Assembly (NCBI GenBank): GCA_963663765.2
Contig: CAXXUA010000006.1
Span: forward strand, 384,001 to 448,000
Reading direction: 5' to 3'
Length of the DNA stretch: 64,000 nucleotides
From: Candidatus Poribacteria bacterium
GTDB lineage: Bacteria; Poribacteria; WGA-4E; WGA-3G
A model generated the notes under the pieces. It did not search any database, was not told the DNA's origin, and was given only the letters and a program-made list of their open reading frames with translations. The position numbers were made by a program, and so were the translations under genes. This document shows, one piece after another, positions 41,295-53,500 of the stretch (the first letter of the stretch is position 1; each line of letters starts with the position of its first letter).

Positions 41295-44015
41295 ATGATG
41301 ATATTTTCTAAATGGAATGTGGTTTTATTTATGTTAATGATTACCCTTTCTCTTCCTGCAGAATCGACATCTCAGCAGGAATCACCTGTTCAAGGAAAAA
41401 GGATCCATCGGTCTATTCCTCCGCAGGGAGCAAAGACCCACGTCGTTGTTCCTGCAGAGAGGTTCCGCGCTGGCGGGTTCAAACGTTGGTTCTACGGCAG
41501 TGACTACCGGGATCTCTGGACCACTCCAATTGAAGTTGCGGTCCTTGATCTCGACAGTGTAGGTGGCGGGTTAACTCCGCTTCGCACCGGTGGATTCGGT
41601 CAGTCTGTATCGCTTCATTTTACAGGAGAGGATGGTCGCCGGTATACAGTTCGTTCTCTGGACAAGGATCCTACCAAACGGAGGTGGGAAGAACTCAAGG
41701 ATACAATTGCCGACGATGTCCTTCAAGACCTGATCAGTGCTTTTCTCCCAACAGGTGGACTTGTCGTTGATGCACTGATGGCAGCTACGGGTATCCTCCA
41801 TTCAAAACATACGCTCGTTGTTATTCCGGATGATCCCAGGTTGAAGGAGTATCGCGAAGATTTTGCGGGTCTTATAGGTATGCTGCAGGAACACCCATCC
41901 GAAGGACCGGAAGGTACCCCCGGCTTTGTTGGTTCCCGACAGATCAGTGGAACAGAGAAGTTGTGGGAACATTTAGAAGAAACACCGAGCAATCGCGTTG
42001 ATTCACGAGCTTTTCTAAAGGCGAGACTGATGGATTTTCTCGTCAACGACAGGGACCGGCATCATGGTCAGTGGAGATGGGCGCGGTTCCCTGATGGCGA
42101 AGGTTATACTTGGAAACCAATACCAGAGGATCGAGATCTTGCTTTTGTAGACCTTGATGGGTTCGCCATGGCAATAGCGCGGAGAAGGCTTCCCAAATTT
42201 CTCATTAAATTCGAGGATAAGTATCCGAACTTATCGGGTTTGACAGTTTCTGCTTGGGAACTTGATCGAGAGTTCCTTGTTGAACTTAATAAGGCTGCAT
42301 GGGACTCTGTAGTAACAACATTTTGCAAAGATCTATCGGATCAGGTCATTGAGGATGCAGTCCGAAAACTTCCACACCCGTATTACGAAATGCTCGGGGT
42401 ATCTCTTACGAAGGCTTTAAAATCAAGACGAGACACATTACCTGAATTCGCCAGCAGATATTATAAGTTGATTACCCGTCGTCCAGAAATTCATGCTACC
42501 GATCAGAACGAGTACGTCCAATGTGAACATCTCTCCAATGGAGATTTAGTTGTCCGTATCGGTCTGATAGAAGGTAGTGATGAAGAAAGGATGAAACCTT
42601 ATTTTCAGAGGACATTTCATCCCGATGAGTCTCGAGAAGTCCGAATATACCTTCGAGGTGGAGACGACCGTGCGGAAATATCAGGGACAAAAGGTCGTAT
42701 TTCTGTTCGTATTGATGGTGGCGGTGGAGACGACACCTTTACAAACGCATCCGAAGTTGGTGCTTCAAAGACTCGGTTCTATGATTATCGTGGAAATAAC
42801 ATGTATGTGAAAGGAAAAGGAGCGAAAATTGATGAAAGTCCATACAAGCGTCCTCCTCCACAGATTCTCCTTCCAAATCAAACAAGATATGGCATGGATT
42901 GGGGCATGGAAACGTTTACTTTCCCGATGATTACGGTGAATCCTGATCTGGGTGTGTTTTTGAAGGGGCACAGCAGTTTGCAATATTTCGGTTATCGAAA
43001 ATATCCATATTCCTCGCAGCATTCTTTTGACCTCGGTCTTGCGTCTAATGGTTTTAATCCTTTTGTGTCTTATACTGGCAACTATCGCCATGTCCTGCAC
43101 GATCTCGACGTGAGGGTTCATCTCGAATACTCTGGAATCCAGATGATCCGGTTCAACGGATTTGGCAATAACACTCAGCTTCCAGCTTCTTCATCCTTCT
43201 ATAAGGTAGAACAGAATCATTTTCTCTTTGCGCCATCTTTAAATTTTCATACATATAAGCGTGAAGGAGATGAGCACAGTGATTCTATGGAACCGAGTCG
43301 TTCAGAACTAATCATCCGCTTTGGACCGATCATCAAGTATTCAAACACGTCACCAGATGCTAACAAAGATAGATTCATCAGTTTGTTGGATGAACCGCTT
43401 TACGGTACAGGTTCCTTCGGTCAACTTGGAGCATTTGGTAAAATCATGTATGACACGCGTAACAACCCAGCGTATACCACGCGAGGCTTTTTGGTCAGGA
43501 CTACTGCATCCATCTACCCAAGTGTCTGGGATGTAGAGTCGGTATTTGGCAGCGTAGATGGCGTAATAAGTACTTATGTGACGGCACCTATTCCGACTAA
43601 ACCGACACTGGCTCTGAGGGGCGGTGGTAAGAAAGTATGGGGAACCTATCCTTTTCATGAGAGTGCTTTTCTGGGTGGTCCCGGTTTTGTAGGTATCGGA
43701 TCGTCGGATAGTCATTTACGCGGTTTCCATAAAAATCGATTTGCGGGAGACACCTCACTGTTTGGTAATGTTGAATTGCGGTTGCGTCTCGTGCCGATCA
43801 CGATCATAGTGCCTGGAGAGTTAGGTCTGTTCATTGCAGCTGATGCTGGACGTGTGTTTTTTTCCGAAGATCCTAACGATGCCGACAAATGGCATAGTAG
43901 CATCGGAGGCGGGTTTTGGCTCTCTTTCCTCCGACACCAGCAAACATTGAGTGTTGCAATCGTAAATGGCGATGACTTGACCGGACTGTATCTACGCGCT
44001 GGTTTCATGTTTTAA
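41295..44015 (+). CDS. Omp85/BamA-TamA-family outer-membrane protein with an N-terminal kinase-like region
   Basis: Signal peptide; GGFGQS-x-SL, DRDRHHGQWRW and PEDRD; C-terminal barrel with LRGF-x-x-NRFAG and terminal Phe. Confidence 0.75.
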   Translation: MMIFSKWNVVLFMLMITLSLPAESTSQQESPVQGKRIHRSIPPQGAKTHVVVPAERFRAGGFKRWFYGSDYRDLWTTPIEVAVLDLDSVGGGLTPLRTGGFGQSVSLHFTGEDGRRYTVRSLDKDPTKRRWEELKDTIADDVLQDLISAFLPTGGLVVDALMAATGILHSKHTLVVIPDDPRLKEYREDFAGLIGMLQEHPSEGPEGTPGFVGSRQISGTEKLWEHLEETPSNRVDSRAFLKARLMDFLVNDRDRHHGQWRWARFPDGEGYTWKPIPEDRDLAFVDLDGFAMAIARRRLPKFLIKFEDKYPNLSGLTVSAWELDREFLVELNKAAWDSVVTTFCKDLSDQVIEDAVRKLPHPYYEMLGVSLTKALKSRRDTLPEFASRYYKLITRRPEIHATDQNEYVQCEHLSNGDLVVRIGLIEGSDEERMKPYFQRTFHPDESREVRIYLRGGDDRAEISGTKGRISVRIDGGGGDDTFTNASEVGASKTRFYDYRGNNMYVKGKGAKIDESPYKRPPPQILLPNQTRYGMDWGMETFTFPMITVNPDLGVFLKGHSSLQYFGYRKYPYSSQHSFDLGLASNGFNPFVSYTGNYRHVLHDLDVRVHLEYSGIQMIRFNGFGNNTQLPASSSFYKVEQNHFLFAPSLNFHTYKREGDEHSDSMEPSRSELIIRFGPIIKYSNTSPDANKDRFISLLDEPLYGTGSFGQLGAFGKIMYDTRNNPAYTTRGFLVRTTASIYPSVWDVESVFGSVDGVISTYVTAPIPTKPTLALRGGGKKVWGTYPFHESAFLGGPGFVGIGSSDSHLRGFHKNRFAGDTSLFGNVELRLRLVPITIIVPGELGLFIAADAGRVFFSEDPNDADKWHSSIGGGFWLSFLRHQQTLSVAIVNGDDLTGLYLRAGFMF

Positions 44016-44039
44016 CAGTACACATAGGAGGCATCTCGT

Positions 44040-44975
44040 ATGCTCAACAACATAATTATACGTCTCATTGCTTACTATGCCGCATGGCTTTTAGCTTTGA
44101 ATGGGATTTTTCGCCTCTTTCCGCAAATTCTTTATTACGTTGCCAAAGAGCGTGAACGAATTTTTGTGGGACAAGGATTGGAGGAAGGAGCCGCGGCATC
44201 CGTTCCGATGGGAATCATCCAGGAAGGAGTAGCAAGACTTGTTGATCCGGCACACACCATTCCGGTATTGGTTGCGATGATACTGGCATTTGGGGTTACG
44301 CTACCCATTACCTGGTTATATCGTTGGACGCGACCGCGAAAGAAATACACTCAATCTTTTGTACACACTTTGCTCATAATACCTATCACCATTTCACTGA
44401 TAGTTTTTTTGGTGAAGGGTAGTCTCGCGTTAGCATTCAGCTTGGCAGGAATCGTAGCCGCTATCCGTTTTCGTACCTCACTGGAAGAACCTATTGATTG
44501 TGTATACATGCTGATGGCAATCGGAATAGGTCTCGCAGCTGGCACACAACTTACGACAGTAGCTTATATTGCATCAGTGATTTTTACCTTCCTAATTTTA
44601 GGGGTGTGGAAAACCAATTATGCAGCACTACCCGTAGAAATAACCGGCTGGAAAATTGATAGTATTGATAAATTGGGTAAAGCCTCTATTGACGCGGACA
44701 ACCCTACTAAAGAAGCATATAATACCCAAATTGAAGTGTACACGACGAAGGTCAATGCAGCTAAAAAAGCAACGGCTCTAATTCTTGTACCTAATACTAA
44801 GCGATGGAAGATAACGGATGTGATTAAGAATACGGATGGAACTGACATCGTCGTGTTTGATATTTGGTTAAAGAAAAGCGTTGTCTTGACTACTTTCATC
44901 CAAGATATTGAAGAAAGCGGAAAAGGATATATCAACAACGTAAAACTGACAATGCAAAAACCTAATAGGGTGTAA
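44040..44975 (+). CDS. DUF4956-like membrane protein
   Basis: SLALAFSLAGIVAAIRFRT and IGIGLAAG motifs. Confidence 0.75.
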   Translation: MLNNIIIRLIAYYAAWLLALNGIFRLFPQILYYVAKERERIFVGQGLEEGAAASVPMGIIQEGVARLVDPAHTIPVLVAMILAFGVTLPITWLYRWTRPRKKYTQSFVHTLLIIPITISLIVFLVKGSLALAFSLAGIVAAIRFRTSLEEPIDCVYMLMAIGIGLAAGTQLTTVAYIASVIFTFLILGVWKTNYAALPVEITGWKIDSIDKLGKASIDADNPTKEAYNTQIEVYTTKVNAAKKATALILVPNTKRWKITDVIKNTDGTDIVVFDIWLKKSVVLTTFIQDIEESGKGYINNVKLTMQKPNRV

Positions 44976-44980
44976 CCACA

Positions 44981-45991
44981 ATGCAGAATTACGGAAATAA
45001 ACTCTTAATAGGATTCATCGGTTTCAGTCTTCTTATCTTCTTGTTGGCGAGGGTTTTAAGCGAGAATGATTCAGCAGACTTGAGTAATGAGAAGGTACAT
45101 AACGAGAATGATTCAGCAGACTTGAGTGAAAATGTGTTAATTGCCGATATCGATACTATGATTGATGACCTTCTAGTGGAGAAAAAGGTATCAACACAAA
45201 GGAATATATCTCTCGTAAGCTATAAACTGAAAGAAGAAGACATGACTCAATGGAAGCTGCCCGGACGTCTTGAGGAGATTTCTGGTTTAGCAATGACCGA
45301 GGATGACCGACTCTTGGCTCACAACGATGAAAAAGGTGTTATTCACGAGATCGATTATAGAAATGGGGTCATCGTAAAAGAATTTCAATTAGCGGATATG
45401 AAGGATCCAGTAACCGATGATTTTGAGGGTATTGCAACAGTAAAAGACAAAATATATATGGTTACAAGTTCCGGACGGTTATACGAGTGCAGTGAGGGAA
45501 CTGATGGAGAGTCCGTTTTATATAATATCTATACAACTGGAGTTGGCAGAGATTACGAAATAGAGGGTTTAGCATACGATGTAAATCATCAGGCACTTTT
45601 ACTGATGTGTAAAGAAGCTCGTAGTGAAGACCAAAAAGAACAGTTGGTCATATATTATTGGTCAACAGATGAGAAACAACTTATTGAAGGTGCACATATA
45701 GTCATACCTGTCATTGAATTCTCTCGTCATATTGAGGAAAAGATATTTCAACCTTCCGGTATTGAACGCCACCCTGTTTCAGGAAATTATTTTGTCGTGG
45801 CTGCGCGTCAGAAGGCTATTGCTGAGATTACACCAAAGGGTAAGGTCATTGCAGCTAAGCAGTTTCCTGCTCAGGAACATCGTCAGGCTGAAGGTATAAC
45901 GTTCACCGAGGACAGCACACTCATAATTGCTGATGAGGGTGCGGGTAAAAAAGCAAGACTAACGCTTTATCCGGTTTCCGATAGTCAGTGA
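44981..45991 (+). CDS. SdiA-regulated (YjiK-like) beta-propeller protein
   Basis: EISGL, HNDEKG, DFEGI, EIEGLAY and QAEGITF motifs. Confidence 0.75.
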   Translation: MQNYGNKLLIGFIGFSLLIFLLARVLSENDSADLSNEKVHNENDSADLSENVLIADIDTMIDDLLVEKKVSTQRNISLVSYKLKEEDMTQWKLPGRLEEISGLAMTEDDRLLAHNDEKGVIHEIDYRNGVIVKEFQLADMKDPVTDDFEGIATVKDKIYMVTSSGRLYECSEGTDGESVLYNIYTTGVGRDYEIEGLAYDVNHQALLLMCKEARSEDQKEQLVIYYWSTDEKQLIEGAHIVIPVIEFSRHIEEKIFQPSGIERHPVSGNYFVVAARQKAIAEITPKGKVIAAKQFPAQEHRQAEGITFTEDSTLIIADEGAGKKARLTLYPVSDSQ

Positions 45992-46082
45992 GTTTCCGAC
46001 TTGCCGCAACTTGTACGTCAACGACTAAAGCAAATGTAATGTCCAAACACCGTAATTAACGATAACAACCCACCCTCTTGTG

Positions 46083-47739
46083 CTTTCTTTTACCCATAAG
46101 TTTTCAGCTATAGTGTCTATCAAGGTTGTTTAGCTGGTATTGTTTTGTCCAGCCGCTTGAAAGAGAGCATAGGTGGCAGCAATATCAGAAAGCCTTTTCC
46201 ATCCTCGCCAGATAACAGTCACCCCCGGATTGCCATCGGACTTGCGTGCTAAAAATCCACCGAGTTTAGCAATCCAGACAACGACTTCAGACACTCTCGG
46301 TATTTTTTCGGGTAAAATTTGGGTCTTATGCGTTATACAGTAAAGTGCTTGCCATTCTATCTCTGTCAACACGCTCGTGCAATCTACATCCGGTGAGTGC
46401 CGATTGATGTGGGTCAGCCAGTAAAGTCGCCACGCAATTACACTCAGCAATGCGATATAGCGTTCAAGCCGGTCTTTGGTCTGCAAACGAACTGCCTCCG
46501 CCTTCATCCCAGATTTGAGCACTTTAAAATAAACTTCAATGTGCCAGCGTTGGCGATACCAGCTTATCCTTTCAACCGCATCGGCGAAGTCCGACACTTC
46601 TACATTTGTTATCAGAAGCCATTCCAAGGGCGTAGCACCCTCAGGCGGGTTTTTCTCTACTACCCATACAAGATACACATCTACAGCAGGCAACTCTTGT
46701 GATCGTGATGCTTGTGAACGATGTGGTGGGCGAAGCGTCGCTGTTGTAAAATGGACACTCAAGGTCGCCTCACGAGCAGGTTGAGACGCACGCACTGGCA
46801 CTTGTGCCGTAATCTCGCCAATAACAGGTTGACTTCTCACCAAATCACTCAGTTTACCGACATCAGCAGCAACCACACGATCCTGAGCCGCGCGTATCAC
46901 AAAAGGCAGTTCTTTTGCCTCTACGAAAAACTCGTAAATATCTGCTTCACGATCACACACACAAATCACCTCAACATCTGCTAATGTGTCTGAACGCAAC
47001 GCTGATAATGCCTCAATCCATTTGTAGCTCTCTTTTTCTATGAGCGGTCTGAACTTAGGGGCACTTTGAACGGAGGGTTCGCGAACCCAAACTTTATCTG
47101 TCAGACACCCTAACGGAAGACCCGCATCACTTACAATGAGGGTCGTGTGTTTGACAAGTCCCTGAATCTGTTGAGACTTGGTGCCGATTGAACCTAAACC
47201 CTCTGTTGCTGGGTGATCAGTGTAATTAAGAAAAGTCGTATCTTGTATCGCAAAAACACGACGATTTTTACACATCCGTTCAAGTGTTCTTTCAAAATGC
47301 GGTTTGAATATCTTTTCCGATGAGACTTTTTCATTGTCAATTAAACGATAGGCTGCTTTCACTGACGCCCAATCGCCACACGCAGCGTTGATCGCCGAAC
47401 CGGGTTGTGCCTCTAAAGCCTCCGCAATGCTGAGCAGCCGTTCATTGAGACGCATATCTCCCAAATCAAGACCTTCAAACTCTTGACGGCTCCAAGATGC
47501 AGATAACTCTTGATCGTTTTCAGGATTGTGTAAAGACATCATTCACTCCTATAGCATAAGCGTAATAAATGTTTATCGACTTTGTAAATATCACTTTTGA
47601 ACATAACATATTTGCTTTTGCTATGCAAGGAATATTAGAACTGACTTGAAAACTATACCATCTTTACCAAAACAACAGACATAACTCAACAAAAAAGAAG
47701 ATGTTTACTCAATACATCAAACTTATGGGTAAAAGTAAG
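46083..47739 (-). mobile_element. Intact IS4-family (IS50/Tn5-like) insertion sequence, 9-bp TSD CCTCTTGTG
   Basis: TIRs CTTTCTTTTACCCATAAGT and ACTTATGGGTAAAAGTAAG; TSD at 46074-46082 and 47740-47748. Confidence 0.93.
46130..47542 (-). CDS. IS4-family transposase
   Basis: LGDMRLNER, IQDTT, KESYKW, DREADI, YRQRWHIEVYFKVLK and LGGFLARKSDGNPG motifs. Confidence 0.96.
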   Translation of the reverse strand: MMSLHNPENDQELSASWSRQEFEGLDLGDMRLNERLLSIAEALEAQPGSAINAACGDWASVKAAYRLIDNEKVSSEKIFKPHFERTLERMCKNRRVFAIQDTTFLNYTDHPATEGLGSIGTKSQQIQGLVKHTTLIVSDAGLPLGCLTDKVWVREPSVQSAPKFRPLIEKESYKWIEALSALRSDTLADVEVICVCDREADIYEFFVEAKELPFVIRAAQDRVVAADVGKLSDLVRSQPVIGEITAQVPVRASQPAREATLSVHFTTATLRPPHRSQASRSQELPAVDVYLVWVVEKNPPEGATPLEWLLITNVEVSDFADAVERISWYRQRWHIEVYFKVLKSGMKAEAVRLQTKDRLERYIALLSVIAWRLYWLTHINRHSPDVDCTSVLTEIEWQALYCITHKTQILPEKIPRVSEVVVWIAKLGGFLARKSDGNPGVTVIWRGWKRLSDIAATYALFQAAGQNNTS

Positions 47740-48240
47740 CCTCTTGTGGAAGCGCGCCCCTCTTGTGTGAGGAGTTTTCAACCCCGATTTGAGCGGAAAT
47801 GAACTTAAATAATCGGGGTTGCAAACCCCTCCCACAAGAGGTTAAATCCTTAAGTTGACACCTAATGAGTTTTAACGTTCAAGTTGTGTATTCGTAGGGG
47901 CGTGGTCTCCACGCCCGTTCTACACAAACTCACAAACCAAACGGGTTGGGGAACCCAACCCCTACGTATTCAACTACCGATTTTGATTGTCAAAGTTCAT
48001 TAGGTGTCAACTTAAGAAAATATTGTTTGCATATTCTCTTGTGGGAGGGGTTTTGAACCCCGATTTGAGCGGAAATGCACTAAAAAATCGGGGTTCAAAA
48101 CCCCTCCCACAAGAGGTTAATATCCTTAAGTTGACACCTTTATTGTAGGGGCGGGGTTTCCTCGCCCGATTGGAAGTTCGTTTACACGGGCGGGGAGACC
48201 CCGCCCCTACGCACAGTAAAAAAAACTTTACACACCCCAT
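47740..48240. repeat. Cluster of paired REP-like hairpins (several families) with MITE ends
   Basis: GTGGGAGGGGTTTTGAACCCC/GGGGTTCAAAACCCCTCCCAC, GTAGGGGCG.../...GCCCCTAC, and TAGGTGTCAAC ends. Confidence 0.75.
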
Positions 48241-48326
48241 GCGCGTGGACGAATACGCGTATGGTATTCGCCATGATTCCACAGGTCGCTCCTACCAATG
48301 TGTCTTGTATCCAACAGAAGGCAAAA

Positions 48327-48731
48327 TTACCAGTTTTTTGCGTTTGCAGCGTATCTTTCACTGAAGTTAGTTGACATCTTGTAGGAGTGTCCTAACAAGG
48401 CTGTAACAGCATCATTTTCACATTTAAAGCATTCAAAGACCCTATTTAATCGCGTCATGACAGTAACGTTTCTGACGTGCTTGTTCATATTAATTACTGC
48501 GATTCTCCCTCCACATGGCAATATCGCTCCAGATATTTTCAAGAGTGTCCCGAGTCCAGCAGCATCTATTTGAGTAACCTTTTGAAAGTCAAACACAAGT
48601 TTTGGTGATAGGGTGCGTCCGCAGACTGTCTTCTTCACAGTTTCCAAAACTTGTTCAGTGCTTGGGGAGATAAATTCTCCCTTCAGTCTAAAAATAACGA
48701 TATCTTCTTTCTCAGATATAGTGATGAACAT
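48327..48731 (-). CDS. STAS-domain anti-sigma-factor antagonist
   Basis: LVFDFQKVTQIDAAGLGTL and TRLNRVF motifs. Confidence 0.8.
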   Translation of the reverse strand: MFITISEKEDIVIFRLKGEFISPSTEQVLETVKKTVCGRTLSPKLVFDFQKVTQIDAAGLGTLLKISGAILPCGGRIAVINMNKHVRNVTVMTRLNRVFECFKCENDAVTALLGHSYKMSTNFSERYAANAKNW

Positions 48732-49205
48732 AATGTATGTGCCCCAATTCTTAAGTGGAGAATCTCAAGAATCCCCGCTTGAGTAAGAGAATATGTCAAT
48801 TAGAATCCCAATTTGTGAGAACCTTATTTACGATATATATATAAATTATTTTGTACAAGTTGTAGAACGCGTCCTTTAGGTTCTGTGCTTCGCCTCCGTG
48901 TGCACGAATCGCACCTGCATAGGACATCTGGAGAATAAGAATAGGTAACATATAAAAAGAGAAAAGACCGTTGAATATTTGTTTAATTCAAATATCATGT
49001 TTTGTTTCCTCCAATCACATATCAATAGATAAATGGTGTCCTGTGGCGAAATACTGATAAATAGTTTCTATCAAAACAAGAGCATGTAGCAGATAAAGAC
49101 AATAATAGGACATATTTTATCGTATATATGTATTATTATTTATCTGTCCTAATATCAGTATATTATACTACACGTCAATTTATAAGTCAAATTAATTCTA
49201 AAGAT

Positions 49206-50265
49206 CAATACCTTCGCCATTTTTGAGTGCTTCAGTTGAATGAGTATATAGTGTTGATCTACCATTGCTCTGTGAGTTTGTTAGGATTACATAAATAATA
49301 ATAATAACTTCAGGTTTTCGTTGAAGTATTTTTAATTATCATAGCGTCTAATTTGACGATAGAATCTGACAGAATAATTTATATGCACAATCTGGAAGAA
49401 TGTGCTACAACTGACCACACAATCTGGATGAAGATTAATTTATTAATCGGGTAATAAATATTTTTCAGTTGGTAGGCGCGGTTTGTAAGCGCGCTCTTGG
49501 GACTTGATGTGCCAGCGCGCTTACAAAGCACGCCTGCAGTTGGGGGCGCGCTTACAAAGCACGCCTGCAGTTGGGGGCGCGCTTACAAAGCACGCCTGCA
49601 GTTGGGGGCGCGCTGACAAAGCACGCCTGCAGTTGGGGGCGCGCTTACAAAGCACGCATGCAGTTGGGGGCGCGCTTACAAAGCACGCCTGCAATTGGGG
49701 GCGCGCTTACAAAGCACGCCTGCAATTGGGGGCGCGCTTACAAAGCACGCCTGCAATTGGGGGCGCGCTTACAAAGCACGCCTGCAGTTGGGGGCGCGCT
49801 TACAAAGCACGCCTGCAGTTGGGGGCGCGCTGACAAAGCACGCCTGCAGTTGGGGGCGCGCTGACAAAGCACGCCTGCAGTTGGGGGCGCGCTTACAAAG
49901 CACGCCTGCAGTTGGGGGCGCGCTTACAAAGCACGCCTGCAGTTGGGGGCGCGCTGACAAAGCACGCCTGCAGTTGGGGGCGCGCTTACAAAGCACGCCT
50001 GCAGTTGGGGGCGCGCTGACAAAGCACGCCTGCAGTTGGGGGCGCGCTGACAAAGCACGCCTGCAGTTGGGGGCGCGCTTACAAAGCACGCCTGCAGTTG
50101 GGGGCGCGCTGACAAAGCACGCCTGCAGTTGGGGGCGCGCTTACAAAGCACGCCTACCGTGGCCGGATTAGCAGAATTACCCAAAGTATTTTTTAATCTT
50201 CATGAAGATTGTGCTACAACTGACCGCACAATCTGACAGAATGTCTATTATTGGCGAAGGTATTC
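49206..50265 (+). mobile_element. MITE family A containing a 31-bp tandem REP array (~21 copies, 49515-50157)
   Basis: TIRs present, (C)TAAAGAT duplicated on both flanks, unit GCGCGCTTACAAAGCACGCCTGCAGTTGGGG. Confidence 0.9.
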
Positions 50266-50526
50266 TAAAGATAATTAGCGGTTTTATCCGCGTAATCTGT
50301 GTAATCCGTGATTCTGTCTGACAAAGAGTGAGTCAACTCGCAAAAATAAGCTAACTCAAGGATCAACAACAGTGATAGAATTTACTCAATTAAATGAAAA
50401 CTGAATAACCCTGATTATTGAACGGAAAACTTGATTTGTACAAGTGATCTTTGATATAATAGTGATACAATTCAAACTCGGTGCGTGATAGGTTATGCCA
50501 TTGAGTTTAGGAGTTTGTCAATATCA

Positions 50527-53500
50527 ATGAAGTCATTAAAAGATATTATCCAGCTCTGTCATCAGCGACATCAAAAGCCTTTACGACAACGTAGGACAGA
50601 GGTAACACCTGCCGTCTATACGAAGGATCATCCGAATCAGTACACGGTTTACTGTGCGCACCGTTACCCTGTGATGCTTCATGCCTTAGAGCAAGCACAT
50701 ATTTCTTTTATGCCTATTGGTCGTGCCCCTTGGAACGATCAGGGTCCAAAGTATTTTAAAGGCAACCGTTTCTTGAAACGTCAGGGAATCACAGATTGGG
50801 AGATTAAACAGTGGAATGCCTCGTGGGGTATCAAGTTATATACAGGTATGCCTTCGGAACGCAACGGTGCGCGATGGCACAATTTGCACTTCAAGTATGA
50901 GGCGATCTGTGCAGCGCCAGATGCTGTTTCTGATTGTATCGAAGCACTTCTCAATATCATGAATAACCCGCTTTTGACATTAGGCAAATCGGGGGGGCTC
51001 CGTTTCTCATGTAGAGTCCAAGATTATCTTCATCCCAATACTGAAGCAGCGAAGTTGTATATCTACAAAGACATAGCAAAGGTAGAAAATATCTATCAAC
51101 GTGACGTGTATCTTGAGATATTTGGTGATGAAGGACATACTCGGTGGGATGCGCGCTATGAGCTCCTCTTTGGGAACCTGTTGGACCCACCTGTTATTGA
51201 CAAAGATGTGCTTTTTGCCCCCGTTGATGTGCTCCGTGCGAAACTTCACGAACCTGCTCCTGATAACACAGAAGGGAAACAAATTGTCACACGCATCCCT
51301 CTACCTCTCGGTTCAGAAAACCTTGATCATGCAAAAGAAGCATTTTTGCGGCGTGGATTTTCTTATCTCCGACAAAAGGACGGTTTTCACCACTGGACAC
51401 AATCCGAAGAAACTAATGGTGATGAAGAAGTAGTATTATTTGAAAGCGAAGGGGTCGTATGGATCCGCGCATCTACAGCTGATAGTGGGTTACCGACTCA
51501 GTCTACACCGATCACAGATATTTGGGACGATACAGGTATTTCACCCTTGATAGATAGTGCAAGCCCTTCTGCGAACGTAAAAATGAAGCAGGTCCGAAAA
51601 GAAGAACTCAGTCCATTGGCGATAAAACGACCCTCTCCCGTATTAGGACAAGATGATAACACCGAAAAGCAAGAGACACTCCAAAGGGATGTGTTTCAGA
51701 TAGAAAACGTGTTTGACCAAGGTATACGTATCCTTGGAATCATCACAGGCATAGGTCCGTGGGACCAACAAGCAGAAGAAACGTATTTCCTTAACGGGGG
51801 CGTAATTACCGTAAATACGCCAAATCTAATATCCGCAGAGGGAGCAGAGAGATACTTTCAGGAGCAAGATATACCCTCGGTTGTCTATTGGAAACCTCGA
51901 ACACACCTCTGGGAACAAGTCAAAGATATCCCGATACAAGAACGTATCAATACGCCATTTCAACATGGCAACGTCTGTGAAGACGCAGAAAGGTGTTTCG
52001 CTCTTGAGGAGAAAGGTGGAAACCCGAATGAAAGCATCTGTCCACAGTGTCCCGTCTATGTCGAGTGTCAGCAACACGGATATTTGTCCCAATTTGCCGA
52101 AGCACAAAAGGCAAAGGTACAATTGTTGACGATCCCGCACCTGTTTTTTGATCCACAATATACCGAATTAGTTGAACAGATTCTCACACAAAATGACGCA
52201 ACCGAACGACTTTGTGTTATCAATCAACAGCGAACACATAAGTTATTCCTTGAATGTAGCCTCTCAAAGAACGTTATGGAGGAATGGGTTACGAACTGGG
52301 AAGGTTCTGAATTAGGTAACTTCGCCAAAACATTGCTCAGTGCGTTGGATATTGAGGACAAGTTATATGGCGATGCTGTCAAAGGTATCCGTGCAGTGAT
52401 GCAAACCTTTGAATTGTTAGCAGAAACGCTTATACAGCAGATGTGTCAAGTGATTGCACGCGGCAGGTTAGTCGAACAAGAGTTCGTTGACCCTGATACC
52501 AGAAGGACATTGGCATGTTTTTCCATAGAATTTGAAGGGGGTGCCTCTGCATATATCCCCTTAGACAGTAGTGCTGCAGACAAACTCAACGAAAAAGGAT
52601 TACCCGTTTTACCTGCATCTTTTCCGCTCGACGCAGAAGACATAAGCGTTCCGATGTTAATGACGGAGGCAATTGCGTTAGGTATCTTGAATACAGACAC
52701 TGTTGGCACCATTGAGCATTTTCCCACCGTTTGTCGGCAGCAAGACTGGACATATTGGCACCAACTCAAAAGGTTTTTCGCATATTACAAAAGAGACACT
52801 GACGCACCGATCCGATGGGATGGCGAAGTTCTGCGCTTTTGGGTGCCACCCGTGCTGCATGAAAACGTCAAACGGCTTTTGTTGGTATCGTCAGTATTTT
52901 CTGAAGAACATCTCCACAGAGTTTTCCCCGATGAAAACCTGCAGACCCATTGGACTGACCCCATACCCTGGAGCCACGTAAGCCGCGTCTTTCAGGTCCG
53001 CACTGGCACCTATCCGTCTGAAACTATACTTGATTACCACAACTGGAGTCAGATCAGACTTTCAAAAACAGGACAACGTTTTCTTAGTAGCATCCAAGCG
53101 GAGATTGAGTCGGATTTGAAAGTTAAACATGCGATTTTAACCAATAAAGATATTGCCAGACGTTTGGACAATATAACAAAGAACAGGAACGTTTGCTTCG
53201 TAGATAATGTAAAGAAAATCAGGATGCCCGGTACCCTAACTGCAGATGTTATTTGGGTGATTGGAACGCCACGTCGTTCAACGACCGCTATTTGGCAGCG
53301 CGCACAGATGTTGTTTGGCAATGATCAAGAACCGCTTTCTTATGAATACGCAATAGAAACCGGTACCTACAAAGATGCACGGCTACAAAGCATTTATGAG
53401 GAGGATGTAATTTATACACTCACAGAAATTATTGTGAAAGCTGAATTGGATCAATTGACGGATAGACGGATTGTGTTGATCGCAGGGGTACCCCTTCCCA

